Of a DNA stretch of 64,000 bases, positions 49,321 through 60,140 are shown in pieces. Positions within the stretch are counted from its first letter, which is position 1. Each line of letters begins with the position of its first letter. The notes beneath the pieces are model-generated. The model was not told the origin of the DNA. It worked only from the letters and a program-made list of their open reading frames with translations, and did not search any database. The stretch is taken from contig JAUCBJ010008638.1 in the NCBI GenBank assembly GCA_032718475.1, forward strand, positions 1-64,000. Reading direction: 5' to 3'. The stretch is from Nemertoderma westbladi. Its lineage: Eukaryota > Animalia > Xenacoelomorpha. The position numbers and the translations under genes were made by a program.

Positions 49321-50138
49321 ATTCAAAGCATTCGTGCTGAAACGAAACCCTGACTGACTCATGCGATGACCCCCAAGAAATGTCAATTCAATGCAACTAC
49401 TACATCAAGGACAGTGAAAAAATTGTTTCGTCCAAGTTAAAATTAAACTATATTTAACAATTTTATTTTATAAAAATATTCACAAAATATATTTATGTAA
49501 TCAGTGGTGCTACACTCTAAGCTATTGATGTGAAATGAAAAAATGTGGATATTTTCTACAGAAATGATTTAACAAATATCACTATTTTTATCTATTTTTT
49601 TACTTATTTAATTATTTATTTACTTATTTTCTATTTTTTTACAGCTTTCTGTGAAACGAACTATAGTGTGGCCAAATCTCTACTCTTTCAATTCATCAAA
49701 CAATAATTTAGATAAGTTTGTGGAGTACTGTGGCTTTTCAATAATATTATATTCTTTACTGCAAAAATTTCTTTCTTGACTGCATAAATGACGATTTTAC
49801 TGTCTTTTACACTTCAATCTAATGATGTTTATTAATTTACTAAATAAACTTGTTGACTTTAACTCCATCGCAAGAATTATATTCAATATCTTGATTAATA
49901 GGGGAAAGAAACTAATTTGAAATCAATTCGAACTAGTTCAAACTAATCTATTGGAACTGAGTTCACATCTATTTTAGACAACTACAACAGTAGCAAGTGC
50001 AAGACAGGTGGTGGTCACGGGTGGAGGCTGTATATGGAAAATATAATTATATATTGGTTGAAATTTGAAATGAAATATTGTTGACATCTTCAATTTAATT
50101 ATATATTATATATATACTCAATACATTTTGGTAAATTA

Positions 50139-51643
50139 TGTGACGGGACTGGTGGAGTTGACAGACTCAGTTCCGACCGGTGAAGATTGTACGCGTCGTT
50201 ACGTTGTAGGCTGTTGGGTATGTTAGGCCGAAGGCCATTGAAAATAAGAGTTAGATTCTCAGTGTTGTTAATCACAGCAGTTAATAATAGCACAGTCTGA
50301 ATGTGATGATATGCTGTGCACAATAGCTATTCGAAGAGACAGTAACAAAATACCCTGCAATATCTTACTGTAAAGTTTGTGAATCAAAACATAATCCGAC
50401 CTTCTCACCAAAACAGTAAACTCTAAGTAAGCGAATATATATTGCAGTATCGGTCTCTTATAACCGGTGAGGCAGAAAACAGTCTACGAACGGACAAACT
50501 TCGATAAAACAAAATCCCGCGCAGCGAATCCTAAAATCAGGCTGACTCACTGACGGACTAAGGGGCTCGTATACTTTGCCGCGGTGTGATTTATATGGTT
50601 GGGATAGAGAGATGCTAGCTAGGTGCAGAAAGGTCTAACTAGCGGGCAAAGCGCAGTATGGACAAAATTATTTTATATATTTTGAGGTGTAAATAATTTC
50701 TAACGCGCGTGTCTTGATTCTAAACAGTCAAAGTCAGTTTTGCTCCTTCACATATATAATTACTGGGTCCGGTGTGCATTTTACAAATATTCTAATTTTA
50801 TAACTTGTAGGTCCAATACTCACGAATGATAAGGCTCCTTCCCCTTTTGTGTATTTCCAGGACTCAAATTCAGGCATAAGGTTAATACTACGCCCAGAAT
50901 TCGGCAATTTAATTTACCAGGTCCCTAATACTAAGAAGAAATGTGTTAGTTTACTACAGTAGGCGTACAGTTACTAATAGCTAGCCTGGTGTTCTTATCT
51001 AGAATTTTGGTTGCCTAGATGGGCGCGGCAACTTCCTAACAGAATGTTGGCGGGGACACGGTAGATGTTAGTATCCCTAATAGCCTCAATTTATTTGCGC
51101 CTAGTGGTAAACTGCCCTACCGCCTGAACGGTACAATCCTAATTCAGGTAAAACACAGTAACCCTTCTAGCCTACAAGTTCTAATGCAATGGACACCGTT
51201 GTGCTACAAACAGTCGCCGACGCACCTATACTTAGCAAGAGTTAGGCGTACAGTTTGCTGCACCCTACCAATGTGTATGCCTTGTACCGGTGTGCCTGCA
51301 TCCTATCTGTGTACTAGTATCTCTGCCTGCTCTCCCCCGTAGGAATGTGAAGGTCTACTGCGGGTTTTCTCTGAATTAAGACAGTACGGTCCCTAGATGT
51401 AATTTTTAGCGCACAGCGTGTCACTACCTCTACCTTCGATCTTTGGTCTTACACTTAGGTAGCAAGGCATTGAACGCTGTCTAACCTTTCAGGCGATGGG
51501 CGAATAACTAAGAGTGATATTACGGGTTGTCTCCTTCTACATTCCTCAGATGTTCTCGTTCATTGCTGTGGCCCGATGTTTAGCCTGCCATCCTGTCCCT
51601 CAGTTAAGTTCACCATGGTAAAATATGATAGGAAAAGGGCAGA
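50139..51643. mobile_element. LTR-like segment of uncertain origin adjoining the BEL element
   Basis: Abrupt GC shift starting TGTGACGGGA; minus-strand TATA at about 50590; purine tract aggaaaagggcaga at its right edge. Confidence 0.35.
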
Positions 51644-52536
51644 TGTAACAAGTATTTCTAACTTTATTACAAAACTAATATACAATAAACAATACTAAGA
51701 TACTATGCTAAGAGTATAATGCACTGAGAAAGAATAACTAATGAACAAAATCGCACCTTTTATAGCAAATTTGTGCTGCAATCAATCGAGATAAATCTAG
51801 ATTGTTCTATGAGTTCTAATAGGTTTTTAAAGATAACTATTGGTCCAGCGAACACGTATCTTGCACGACATTGGTTACTATCTAATAACTGCAATCCTAT
51901 TGGTTAATCTACCTTGAGCAAATGCAATTTAATTCGTAGCGGTTAATTTAAATGGGTTGAAATTTAGTACAAAAAATAATTCGCACCTACTAGGATTCAA
52001 ACTCAATACCTACTACACGAATTTCCAACGCTTAACCGACTGAGCTACTGAACCACTTGAACAATGTCATACAAATAGATATACTGAATGCAAATGAGGA
52101 CTTAATGTAATCTTTATAGCAAAGTTAATTCGAACAAAATAAAATTTTGAAAATCCACGGCATTTATGAGAATATAATTCTATACCGCTCCATGAAAACA
52201 GGATATTATCGTGCATAAAATATACGGTTTTCACCAATACTAAATCAAATTATGGAATACTTGGGACGTACTTACATATTATTTTACAAATTAAATCTCA
52301 ACAATAATACCTTTACATAATAATTCGATACAAAATAATTACAAATTCAAACTTTATGTATTTAAGGCTTTATTAAGTAAGTACAATATAAATCTAAATT
52401 AAATTCACCAAAATAAATCTATTGCATCTCAAATATTGCATAAATTCAAACAATCACAAGTACAAATGCTACTTAAATATAAAACAAATTGCATAAGTTC
52501 CTGATAATTTCAAATAAATCACAAGAAAGGCTCACA
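51644..52536 (-). repeat. Candidate 3' LTR of the BEL/Pao element
   Basis: On the minus strand: purine tract, then TGTGAG (52536), three CCAAT boxes (51903, 51874, 51843), TATAAAAG (51764), AATAAA (51668) and the end TTACA (51644). The 5' LTR lies outside the window. Confidence 0.55.
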
Positions 52537-53029
52537 AGTCTTCCGTCTACTCTTGCCTTCTATTTACTGCGAATACAAGTACTGCTTCTTTATAAAATAT
52601 AAATTGCATAATATTCGAAACAATAAATTGCGTAAGTTTGGAATGACTACAAATATAGCACTTTCTAAATATAAATCTTTCTAAATGTAAATATAAACTG
52701 CATGAGTTTAGAACAATATAAACTGCATAAGTTTAGAACAATATAAACTCCTTTGGCATCTCAAATATAAATCTTTCAAATATAAATTCCTTCTAAATAT
52801 AAAACTTTCTGAATTTCATAAAATCGGAACAATACAAATACATAAACTTGGGGCAATAATAAATTGCATAAATTTAGAACAATATAAATTGCATAAATTT
52901 AGAGCAATATAAATTGCATAAATTTAGAGCAATATAAATTTTAAACAATACAAATTACACAAACAATACATAAGACAAACAATTCATAAGAAAGGCTCAC
53001 GAGTCTTCCGTCCATCCTTGCCCTCCCTT

Positions 53030-54745
53030 TTACCGCTTGGTGGATCGAGCCCTGCCGCGTCCTCGAAAACTGCGTACAGGTGACTTTGCTCGCGGTATGG
53101 GACTTGTGGGGCGAGTCACTAGTTTACCTTGGACGTTGGGAGATGGTGCGACCATTTCCTCACATGCTCGTCTATTTGGCATCCCAAATCCTCGACCGAC
53201 TCCTCGTGATCGACCGGTTGTGTCTACCATTGGTAAAACGTCTGGGAATGCGCGGGAAGCGGACGACGCAGACCCAAGAGAAACTTGCGCCCCCTTTGAT
53301 CGGCTGGTATGTGTCCTAATCCTCCTTGCGGTTCTCTGGGAAGCGAAACCGTATCCCGAGTAATCCGAATAGTCGGTTCGTATCCCCTTCGTTCTTCAAC
53401 ATTGATAGTTTTCTTTAATTGTTGGCCCACCTTTTGAACCCTTATGATCCTATGCTGTCCATCCTCCCGAGGGTGACGTGCAGACGGCGCGACCAGAGTA
53501 GCTGGTATATTGGTCGCCTCTAGGACCTCCTCTTCCTCGAATACGCTCGCTCGTATACGTTTATGGTAGAATGCGGCTCGGTACGCCCATGCGACGGTTA
53601 ACCAAGCTCCCTTGTTCCGCTTTTCCGTTCGGAAACGATCAAATTCACCATATGTGATACGGTTAACGACTTTCTGGAAATTCCATGTATTCTTATTGTC
53701 AGGGTATATCTGTAACAAGTATTCACGCACAACTCGAAATCCACTATCGTGAGGCAAAATATCAACTACCTCGATGAGTTCGTCATATTGTGGCATGGCG
53801 GAGATATATCCTTCCGACATCATAGTTTGGGGATTTACCGCCCAAAATCCAAGATGCGCTCTCATCGGGAATCGTCTTCTTTGTGCCGATACATGTTCGT
53901 CAGCTAAATCTTCCCAATCATCAAATAGATTTCGCACGAGTTTTACAGATTCGTGTTCGTAAGGTATGTCTCGCAATTGGCATTCAGATGCTCGATGTCC
54001 CTTTATATTGCAGTATGTGCATTGAGCCATAAATCTCCAGCAAGTATAAAATGTATGGGACCCTTGATCTCCACACCATCCACAGATTAGTTGAGTCGTA
54101 GTAATGTGCCTTCCACTGCACTTTGTCGAATGATGTCCAGCGACGCCACATTTACCACACGTCGTATTAGCAGGGTACCACACTCGCTCATATATAAGAT
54201 CCTATATAAGATTATATAAGATATCTTCCTCCCACACTATAGTCGTAATCATCTGGATCGATAGGTTGGTGTGTTTCAGAAGGTTGTATGCAAACTACAG
54301 CATCTGTTGCTTCTAGTTGTCGAATCTCCGTCTGTTATTTCTTCGGGAGGTTCCTTTCAATCTCAAGAAGTTCCTCTAAAGGATCGTCAATGATCGTTGT
54401 TACTGTCGGAATTATCACCTAAGTGACCGATAGGCGCGCGCGTCTGCCGTGATTCGTCCGTAACCTCCACGATACCGTCGTGTCATATTTAGTCTTTGCG
54501 AGTTTCGCTGTACTTTCTGATAAGTCCTTTATTCCAAATATGGTGTAGTCTTTAGCTCCAAATCGTTCAAATGGCGATGCTGCTTCCTCTTGGATATCAT
54601 ATCCCCATCTCGGCTCTCCATGTATCCCCTTCGCCATTCTTTGAAGTATGGCTACATAATCATTGCTACTAGAGGGAATACAACAGAGTTTATTGTTAGT
54701 TGTGAGGAGATGTGAGAGTTTTCGTCTGCCCTTTGGGCTCGACAA
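53030..54745 (-). pseudogene. Extra ORF downstream of pol: triple CCHC zinc-knuckle protein with RG-rich tail (fragmented)
   Basis: 53224-54183 encodes CGKCGVAGHHSTKC, CGWCGDQGSHTFYTC and CTYCNIKGHRASEC; flanking pieces 54419-54745 and 53030-53230. Confidence 0.6.
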
Positions 54746-55298
54746 CGCTCTAACCTCCTACCCATAGCCTAAGATCTAGGGTTTCTTTAATGACACGCTG
54801 TTTCTTATCTAAAATTTTTGCCGAAATAAAAACGAATTTGGGCTAAACTGGCTGTGAGTCTAAAATACTCACTTTTTGATCCCAAACTATTATCAGAAAA
54901 TAAGCAATCAAGAATTAGTAATAAATATAGGGAAGTCTATTATTCAACGTAACTTATTGAAACAAGACCGTGTAAATTTTATTAAAATTTTAGAAAGGCT
55001 CGCGAGTCTTCCGTTCTCTTGTTTCTCTAATTTTTAAGTTCCACCCGACTGTACCCTGAAATCTATTCACTGGAGAAAATTTTAAAATTTTTCAAATCCA
55101 AATGGATTGCCTAAAATTTTGAAAATGTCTCAATATTGTGAGTTCCAAGTAGAATTCCATTTCTTATACCTACAAATCCCGCTCCTATGTGACACATAAG
55201 GGTACTACCCTCAATGTTCACATATAAAGACAATGGAATTATACCGCTGTCCTTACTACAGTGTACAGGTACGTGGAAATCTATTTGTAAACTCCTTA

Positions 55299-58200
55299 CT
55301 ATTTACTAACATTAGTTGGAGACTTGTAATCTCCAGACTTGTTTCGCGTCTCTTCAAGAAGTACGAGACGTTGAGTCGGTCTGTCTACTGTACGACCGTC
55401 AATTGTCCGTACCGTCACGGTTCTTGTTACTCCATCCATAGATGGATGTGTGTCTAAAATTACACCTGTTATCCAGAAGCATCTTTTTAAATTCACTTCT
55501 GCTAACAGCACGTGATCTCCCGGCTTTAAAGCGCGAGTATTGTTGTACCAGGTTGTTCTGGCAGAAATAGAGGGCAAATAATGATTTTGCCATATTTCCC
55601 AGAATTTGTTAGCCAGTAGTTGCGTGATTTTCCACGCTTTTCTACCGTAGCTATCGCCTTCTATTGGAATAGAAATAGGCATTAATGTCGTCGGTGCCTG
55701 CATCAGCAGGTGTGCCGGTGTTAAAGCAAACTGGGATTGTTTGTCATCGGGTACTAATACTATTGGTCTAGTATTTAGTATTGCCTCGATTTCAACAAAC
55801 AATGTTGTCAGTTGGTCGTCTGTCAAGATGTGGTTTACTGGAATTACTTTCGCCATGGCTGTTTTTATAGATCTAATCAATCTCTCCCAGACTCCGCCTC
55901 TCCATGGACTATCTGGAGGATTAAACTTCCAAACAATCTTGTAAGGACGTAGTTCGTTTGAGATTTGGTCATGATCTAATTTCTTAAAGGCTCTAGCAAT
56001 TTCATTTCGAGCACCAACAAAGTTTGTACCTTGGTCTGAGTACAAGCATTTTACTAGTCCGCGTCTAGCGATAAATCGCCGCAATGCTAGTATAAAGGCG
56101 TTGGTGGAAAGATCCATCACACGTTCAATATGAACTGCCCTACTGGACATGCATGTGAAAATCAGTCCCCAGCGTTTTACTAGTATATGTCCACGTTTCG
56201 TATGTATGGGACCAAAGCAGTCAATTCCAGTCTCTGTGAAAGGTGGTTTGAATGCCTGTAGTCGTGCTTGTGGAAGTTCACTCATTTCTTGGGTACTTAT
56301 TCTAGAATGTACCTTTTTACAAATAATACACATACGTGTCACTGAACTTAACGCTTTACTGGGTCTAATTAATACAAATCTTGTACGTAAGTAGGAAAGA
56401 CAGTGGTGTCTTCCAGCGTGTTTCAGATGTAAATGTGCGTCCAGTATCATTGCACGTTGTAATTCGTGATGTTGCGGTATTATTATTGGGTACCTAAAAT
56501 CAGTATTAAAGTCGATGTTTTGAAGCCGAGATTTATGACAAATTAAGCCATTATAAATTATCGGACTCCAACTCAATATTGGTGACGACTTGATTGGTTG
56601 ACCTTGACTTATGGATGTGAATTCGCGTGCGAAATATCGCAATTGATAATGGCGAATTAATTTAATTTCACATCTGTCAATCTCAGTCAATGTGAGTCGA
56701 CGTGTAAAGTTGCGTTTGCCTTTAACGTATTGTACAAAACGTACAATCCACGCTAATTTTCGGCACGCATTTGTCCAAGAATCTGTTAGGTTTATAATAC
56801 GGTCGACGTAAGTATTTATGACGTCATCAAGTAAGTCAATGGAGAATTTGGAAGGTTTTGATTTACTAGATGGGCCCACGAGTCCGCCGGTAGGTATTCC
56901 CTTGTTGACTGTTGATCCGTCCGGGTCTACAAGTAATTTGTCCTTCTTCGTCTTCTTACCTTGATTGTCAGTACTTTGTGTGTCGATTCCTAATGGTGGT
57001 TTAAATTCTATGGGATCACTGGGTTTCGGTAAACTTATTTTTGTGCCGATATTAATCCCAGGTCTCACCGTAGGTTGTAAGGTTGGTATGTCTCTTGAGC
57101 GTAAAGTAACACCTGTATTTACATTTGCGTAGGTACTACCCACATCTGTAATACATGAGGTTTCACTGTAATTATGGTTACTCAAGGGTGTCAAATCTGG
57201 TAGTTTGTCAATAGAAGGCCGCTCCAATAGGGAAACTGCGGCTTTACTATGTGTTAGTATGTTACTAATGTCTAGTAGAACATCTTGTGAAATGTCTGGT
57301 AAAATGTTTCGCGGAACTTCCGGCGAAATGTCTAGTGACATGTCTGGCAAAATGTCTAGTTGACCGTCTGGTAATGTGTCTGGTTGACCGTCTGACGATA
57401 CGTCTGGTAACATGTCTGGTTGACCGTCTGGCGATACGTCTGGTTGAGAAAGGCTCGCAAGTCTTCCTGCCTTAACTTTGTGAGTTATATTTTTCCATTT
57501 CGCCTTTGGTTTCTTCTTAAGTTTCGCCGTTGTCTTTTTCTTTGCTTTACCTTTCTTTGGTTTTTTAATTTCGGCGTCCTTAGGAATAGTATTAGACTTG
57601 TTATCGTATAGTGGCGGCCAATGTTGTGTTGCTCTTTGTAAGAATTGTGGTCCGTGTTGCCAAAATTCCTTGTTTTCCGGTTTACAGAATTCCTCAGGCA
57701 TCATTCCTCGTGACGCAATATCAGCTGGATTTTGTGGTCCGGGACAATGTCGCCAATCTTCCTTTATTGAACGGTCTAGAATTTCTGCACGACGGTTAGC
57801 TACGAATGTCTTGAATTCAAGTGTGTCGTTGTTTATATAAAATAAAACTAACGCCGCGTCAGTCCAATAAAATATCTGTAAACTTGACTGTAGTTCAGTC
57901 TGTATGAGGTTTACAATGGTAGTTGACAGAGTTGTGGCTTGTAGCTCAGCGCGTGGTGTCGTCATATACTTAGTAGGCATTGTTTTAGCCTTAGAAGTAA
58001 TGAGCGATACATCAAACTCATCTGAGTCTACTTGTCTGCGCAAATACGCTGTCACTCCAAAGCCGTTGTCACTGGCGTCGGAAAAACAATGTAATTCTAA
58101 ATTGTCAGGAAATGTTGTCTGTAATGGAAAGTACACCCGGGGTATGGAATAATCCTCTAGCGAAGATAATTGCGCCTCCCAAGTCTTCCATAAGTCCACT

Positions 58201-60107
58201 TGTTCGGATGAGATCGGTTCGTCCCATGTCAGTCCATCTTTCCAAATACTGCGCATATATATTCTTGCTTGCAGTATTATTGGGCTGATGAAACCTAATG
58301 GATCGAACAGTCTGCTTAGTTTCGACAAGCAAGACCTCTTTGTCAGAGAATCCCCTTCAGCGTCCAGTTTTACTTTCACTCGAAAGTTGTCTGTGTTCGG
58401 GTCCCAAAATAGTCCCAACACCTTGGTCGTCGGCAGTGGTTCGAACTCTAAGTCAATGTCACCACCCCCACGTTCAGTCGTTTCGAATGAATTTACTAAT
58501 TCGGCACTGTTTGAGGCAAACTTGGTGAGGTTAAAACCTCCGCCTGCTAAACAGTCCCGTAATTGATGTGCTACTGTTATAGCACGTTCTACTGTGTCAC
58601 AACTTTGTAATCCATCGTCTACATAAAAATCTCGCTCTATGATCTGGATTACCTCTGGGTCATATTTATGTTTCTGATCCCTAGCGGTTTGCTTTAGGGC
58701 GTACATAGGGCAGTTTGGGCTGTCCCTGGCACCGAAAACGCGAACTTGCATTTGGTAAGTCGCCGGTGGTTGACTTAAGTCTCCATCCGGGTACCAGAGG
58801 AACCTCAAACTGTCTCTGTCTCGCTCTAACGCTCGCACTTGGTGAAACATCGCTTCTACGTCACAAGTAAATGCTACTTGGCGCTGACGGAAGCGCATAA
58901 TCACCCCCATGAGATAATTATTCATGTTTGGTCCATCCATCAACTCACTATTGAGAGACATTCCCTCAAACAGAGCCGCGCAGTCATTGACTACACGTAC
59001 TTTGTCTGGTTTATCGGGGTGTCTCACGTAGTGATGTGGCAAATAGTATGTCTGGTCAGTCACAATCTCTGGGTTAGTCATTCTGATAGCGTATCCTTTC
59101 GTCAAATATGTCTCCATCTGAGTATTATACTGCAGATGGGCTTTCTCGTCCTTTAATAAACGTTGTCGTATTGAGTGTAACCGTCTTAAGGCTAACGGAT
59201 AGTTATTTATAAGTTTAGGACGTTGGTTACGCCATAGCATCCCTACCTCATAATGTCCGTCTTTCGTCTGGCGGATAGTATCTTCCATGATCTTTAAAGA
59301 TTGTTTCTCTTGTTCCGACACACATGGTTCGTAACTACCAGGTTCGGCTGTGTCTTGTTCCAACCACCTGATAGTTTTCTCTGTTAATTCCTTGTCCAGT
59401 GCAGCTTGTTCCACTTGATGATTTCTTAACGCATCTTCATCGACGGGCGTTGTTGAGGTTATTGGTTGAGGTAGACTCACAAGCCTTCCGGCGTTATCAT
59501 CTATCGTTGATGGAACCTCTGCCTGACTCCGCTCCTTCTCAATCTTTATACTAACCTTGTGGATAGGCTGCTCTTTGTGACTTATCGTACGCGCTACACA
59601 CGTCGTACTTGTAACATTGTCGTGTTTTGTCGAACGTAGTGTAGTATAGTCCTTGTCGTGTGAAAAGGAATGAGTCGAAGTTATAGTTAATAAACTACAT
59701 GTACTTTGTACATCGTCTTCCTCATCACTTATATCTAGTGTGCGCACAGGCGCTCGAGTGTACCAACCTATCGGAGTTCGACAGGCGTATGCATTTCCTG
59801 CTACGACTACCGAAGGTCTGGTTTCCCACACTTGATGTAAGTTGAATTGATCTGTCCCGATCAGCATTGCTACTGATCTATAGTTGACAGGACATTCAGG
59901 TACACCAAGGTGTCTGAAATACTTACGGTCCTCTAAGGATTGTTCCGGCACTGGACCCAGTAGGTTACTAAAGTCCTTGGTGGCTGCAAAGGTTAAATCC
60001 TTAAAGGGTAACAAAGACCTCTCCTTTTCGCTGTGTTGCGATTTCGGAAGAAGAGTGTCTAAGTTTAACTTAACTCGTGTCACTGGTATTGCACGTTGGC
60101 CATGCAT
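55299..60107 (-). CDS. BEL/Pao Pol (protease C-terminus, RT, RNase H, integrase), 1602 aa open frame
   Basis: Motifs as listed for the element; in frame with 60141-61109 across a single TGA. Confidence 0.92.
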   Translation of the reverse strand: MHGQRAIPVTRVKLNLDTLLPKSQHSEKERSLLPFKDLTFAATKDFSNLLGPVPEQSLEDRKYFRHLGVPECPVNYRSVAMLIGTDQFNLHQVWETRPSVVVAGNAYACRTPIGWYTRAPVRTLDISDEEDDVQSTCSLLTITSTHSFSHDKDYTTLRSTKHDNVTSTTCVARTISHKEQPIHKVSIKIEKERSQAEVPSTIDDNAGRLVSLPQPITSTTPVDEDALRNHQVEQAALDKELTEKTIRWLEQDTAEPGSYEPCVSEQEKQSLKIMEDTIRQTKDGHYEVGMLWRNQRPKLINNYPLALRRLHSIRQRLLKDEKAHLQYNTQMETYLTKGYAIRMTNPEIVTDQTYYLPHHYVRHPDKPDKVRVVNDCAALFEGMSLNSELMDGPNMNNYLMGVIMRFRQRQVAFTCDVEAMFHQVRALERDRDSLRFLWYPDGDLSQPPATYQMQVRVFGARDSPNCPMYALKQTARDQKHKYDPEVIQIIERDFYVDDGLQSCDTVERAITVAHQLRDCLAGGGFNLTKFASNSAELVNSFETTERGGGDIDLEFEPLPTTKVLGLFWDPNTDNFRVKVKLDAEGDSLTKRSCLSKLSRLFDPLGFISPIILQARIYMRSIWKDGLTWDEPISSEQVDLWKTWEAQLSSLEDYSIPRVYFPLQTTFPDNLELHCFSDASDNGFGVTAYLRRQVDSDEFDVSLITSKAKTMPTKYMTTPRAELQATTLSTTIVNLIQTELQSSLQIFYWTDAALVLFYINNDTLEFKTFVANRRAEILDRSIKEDWRHCPGPQNPADIASRGMMPEEFCKPENKEFWQHGPQFLQRATQHWPPLYDNKSNTIPKDAEIKKPKKGKAKKKTTAKLKKKPKAKWKNITHKVKAGRLASLSQPDVSPDGQPDMLPDVSSDGQPDTLPDGQLDILPDMSLDISPEVPRNILPDISQDVLLDISNILTHSKAAVSLLERPSIDKLPDLTPLSNHNYSETSCITDVGSTYANVNTGVTLRSRDIPTLQPTVRPGINIGTKISLPKPSDPIEFKPPLGIDTQSTDNQGKKTKKDKLLVDPDGSTVNKGIPTGGLVGPSSKSKPSKFSIDLLDDVINTYVDRIINLTDSWTNACRKLAWIVRFVQYVKGKRNFTRRLTLTEIDRCEIKLIRHYQLRYFAREFTSISQGQPIKSSPILSWSPIIYNGLICHKSRLQNIDFNTDFRYPIIIPQHHELQRAMILDAHLHLKHAGRHHCLSYLRTRFVLIRPSKALSSVTRMCIICKKVHSRISTQEMSELPQARLQAFKPPFTETGIDCFGPIHTKRGHILVKRWGLIFTCMSSRAVHIERVMDLSTNAFILALRRFIARRGLVKCLYSDQGTNFVGARNEIARAFKKLDHDQISNELRPYKIVWKFNPPDSPWRGGVWERLIRSIKTAMAKVIPVNHILTDDQLTTLFVEIEAILNTRPIVLVPDDKQSQFALTPAHLLMQAPTTLMPISIPIEGDSYGRKAWKITQLLANKFWEIWQNHYLPSISARTTWYNNTRALKPGDHVLLAEVNLKRCFWITGVILDTHPSMDGVTRTVTVRTIDGRTVDRPTQRLVLLEETRNKSGDYKSPTNVSK

Positions 60108-60140
60108 ACTACTTACGGTATAACTGACGTTCTTACCTTG

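Noticed and set aside
49645-50090. Possible further exons after strong polypyrimidine-AG sites (49645, 49977)
   Set aside because: Short frames ending in stops, with no clear donor or recognisable domain.
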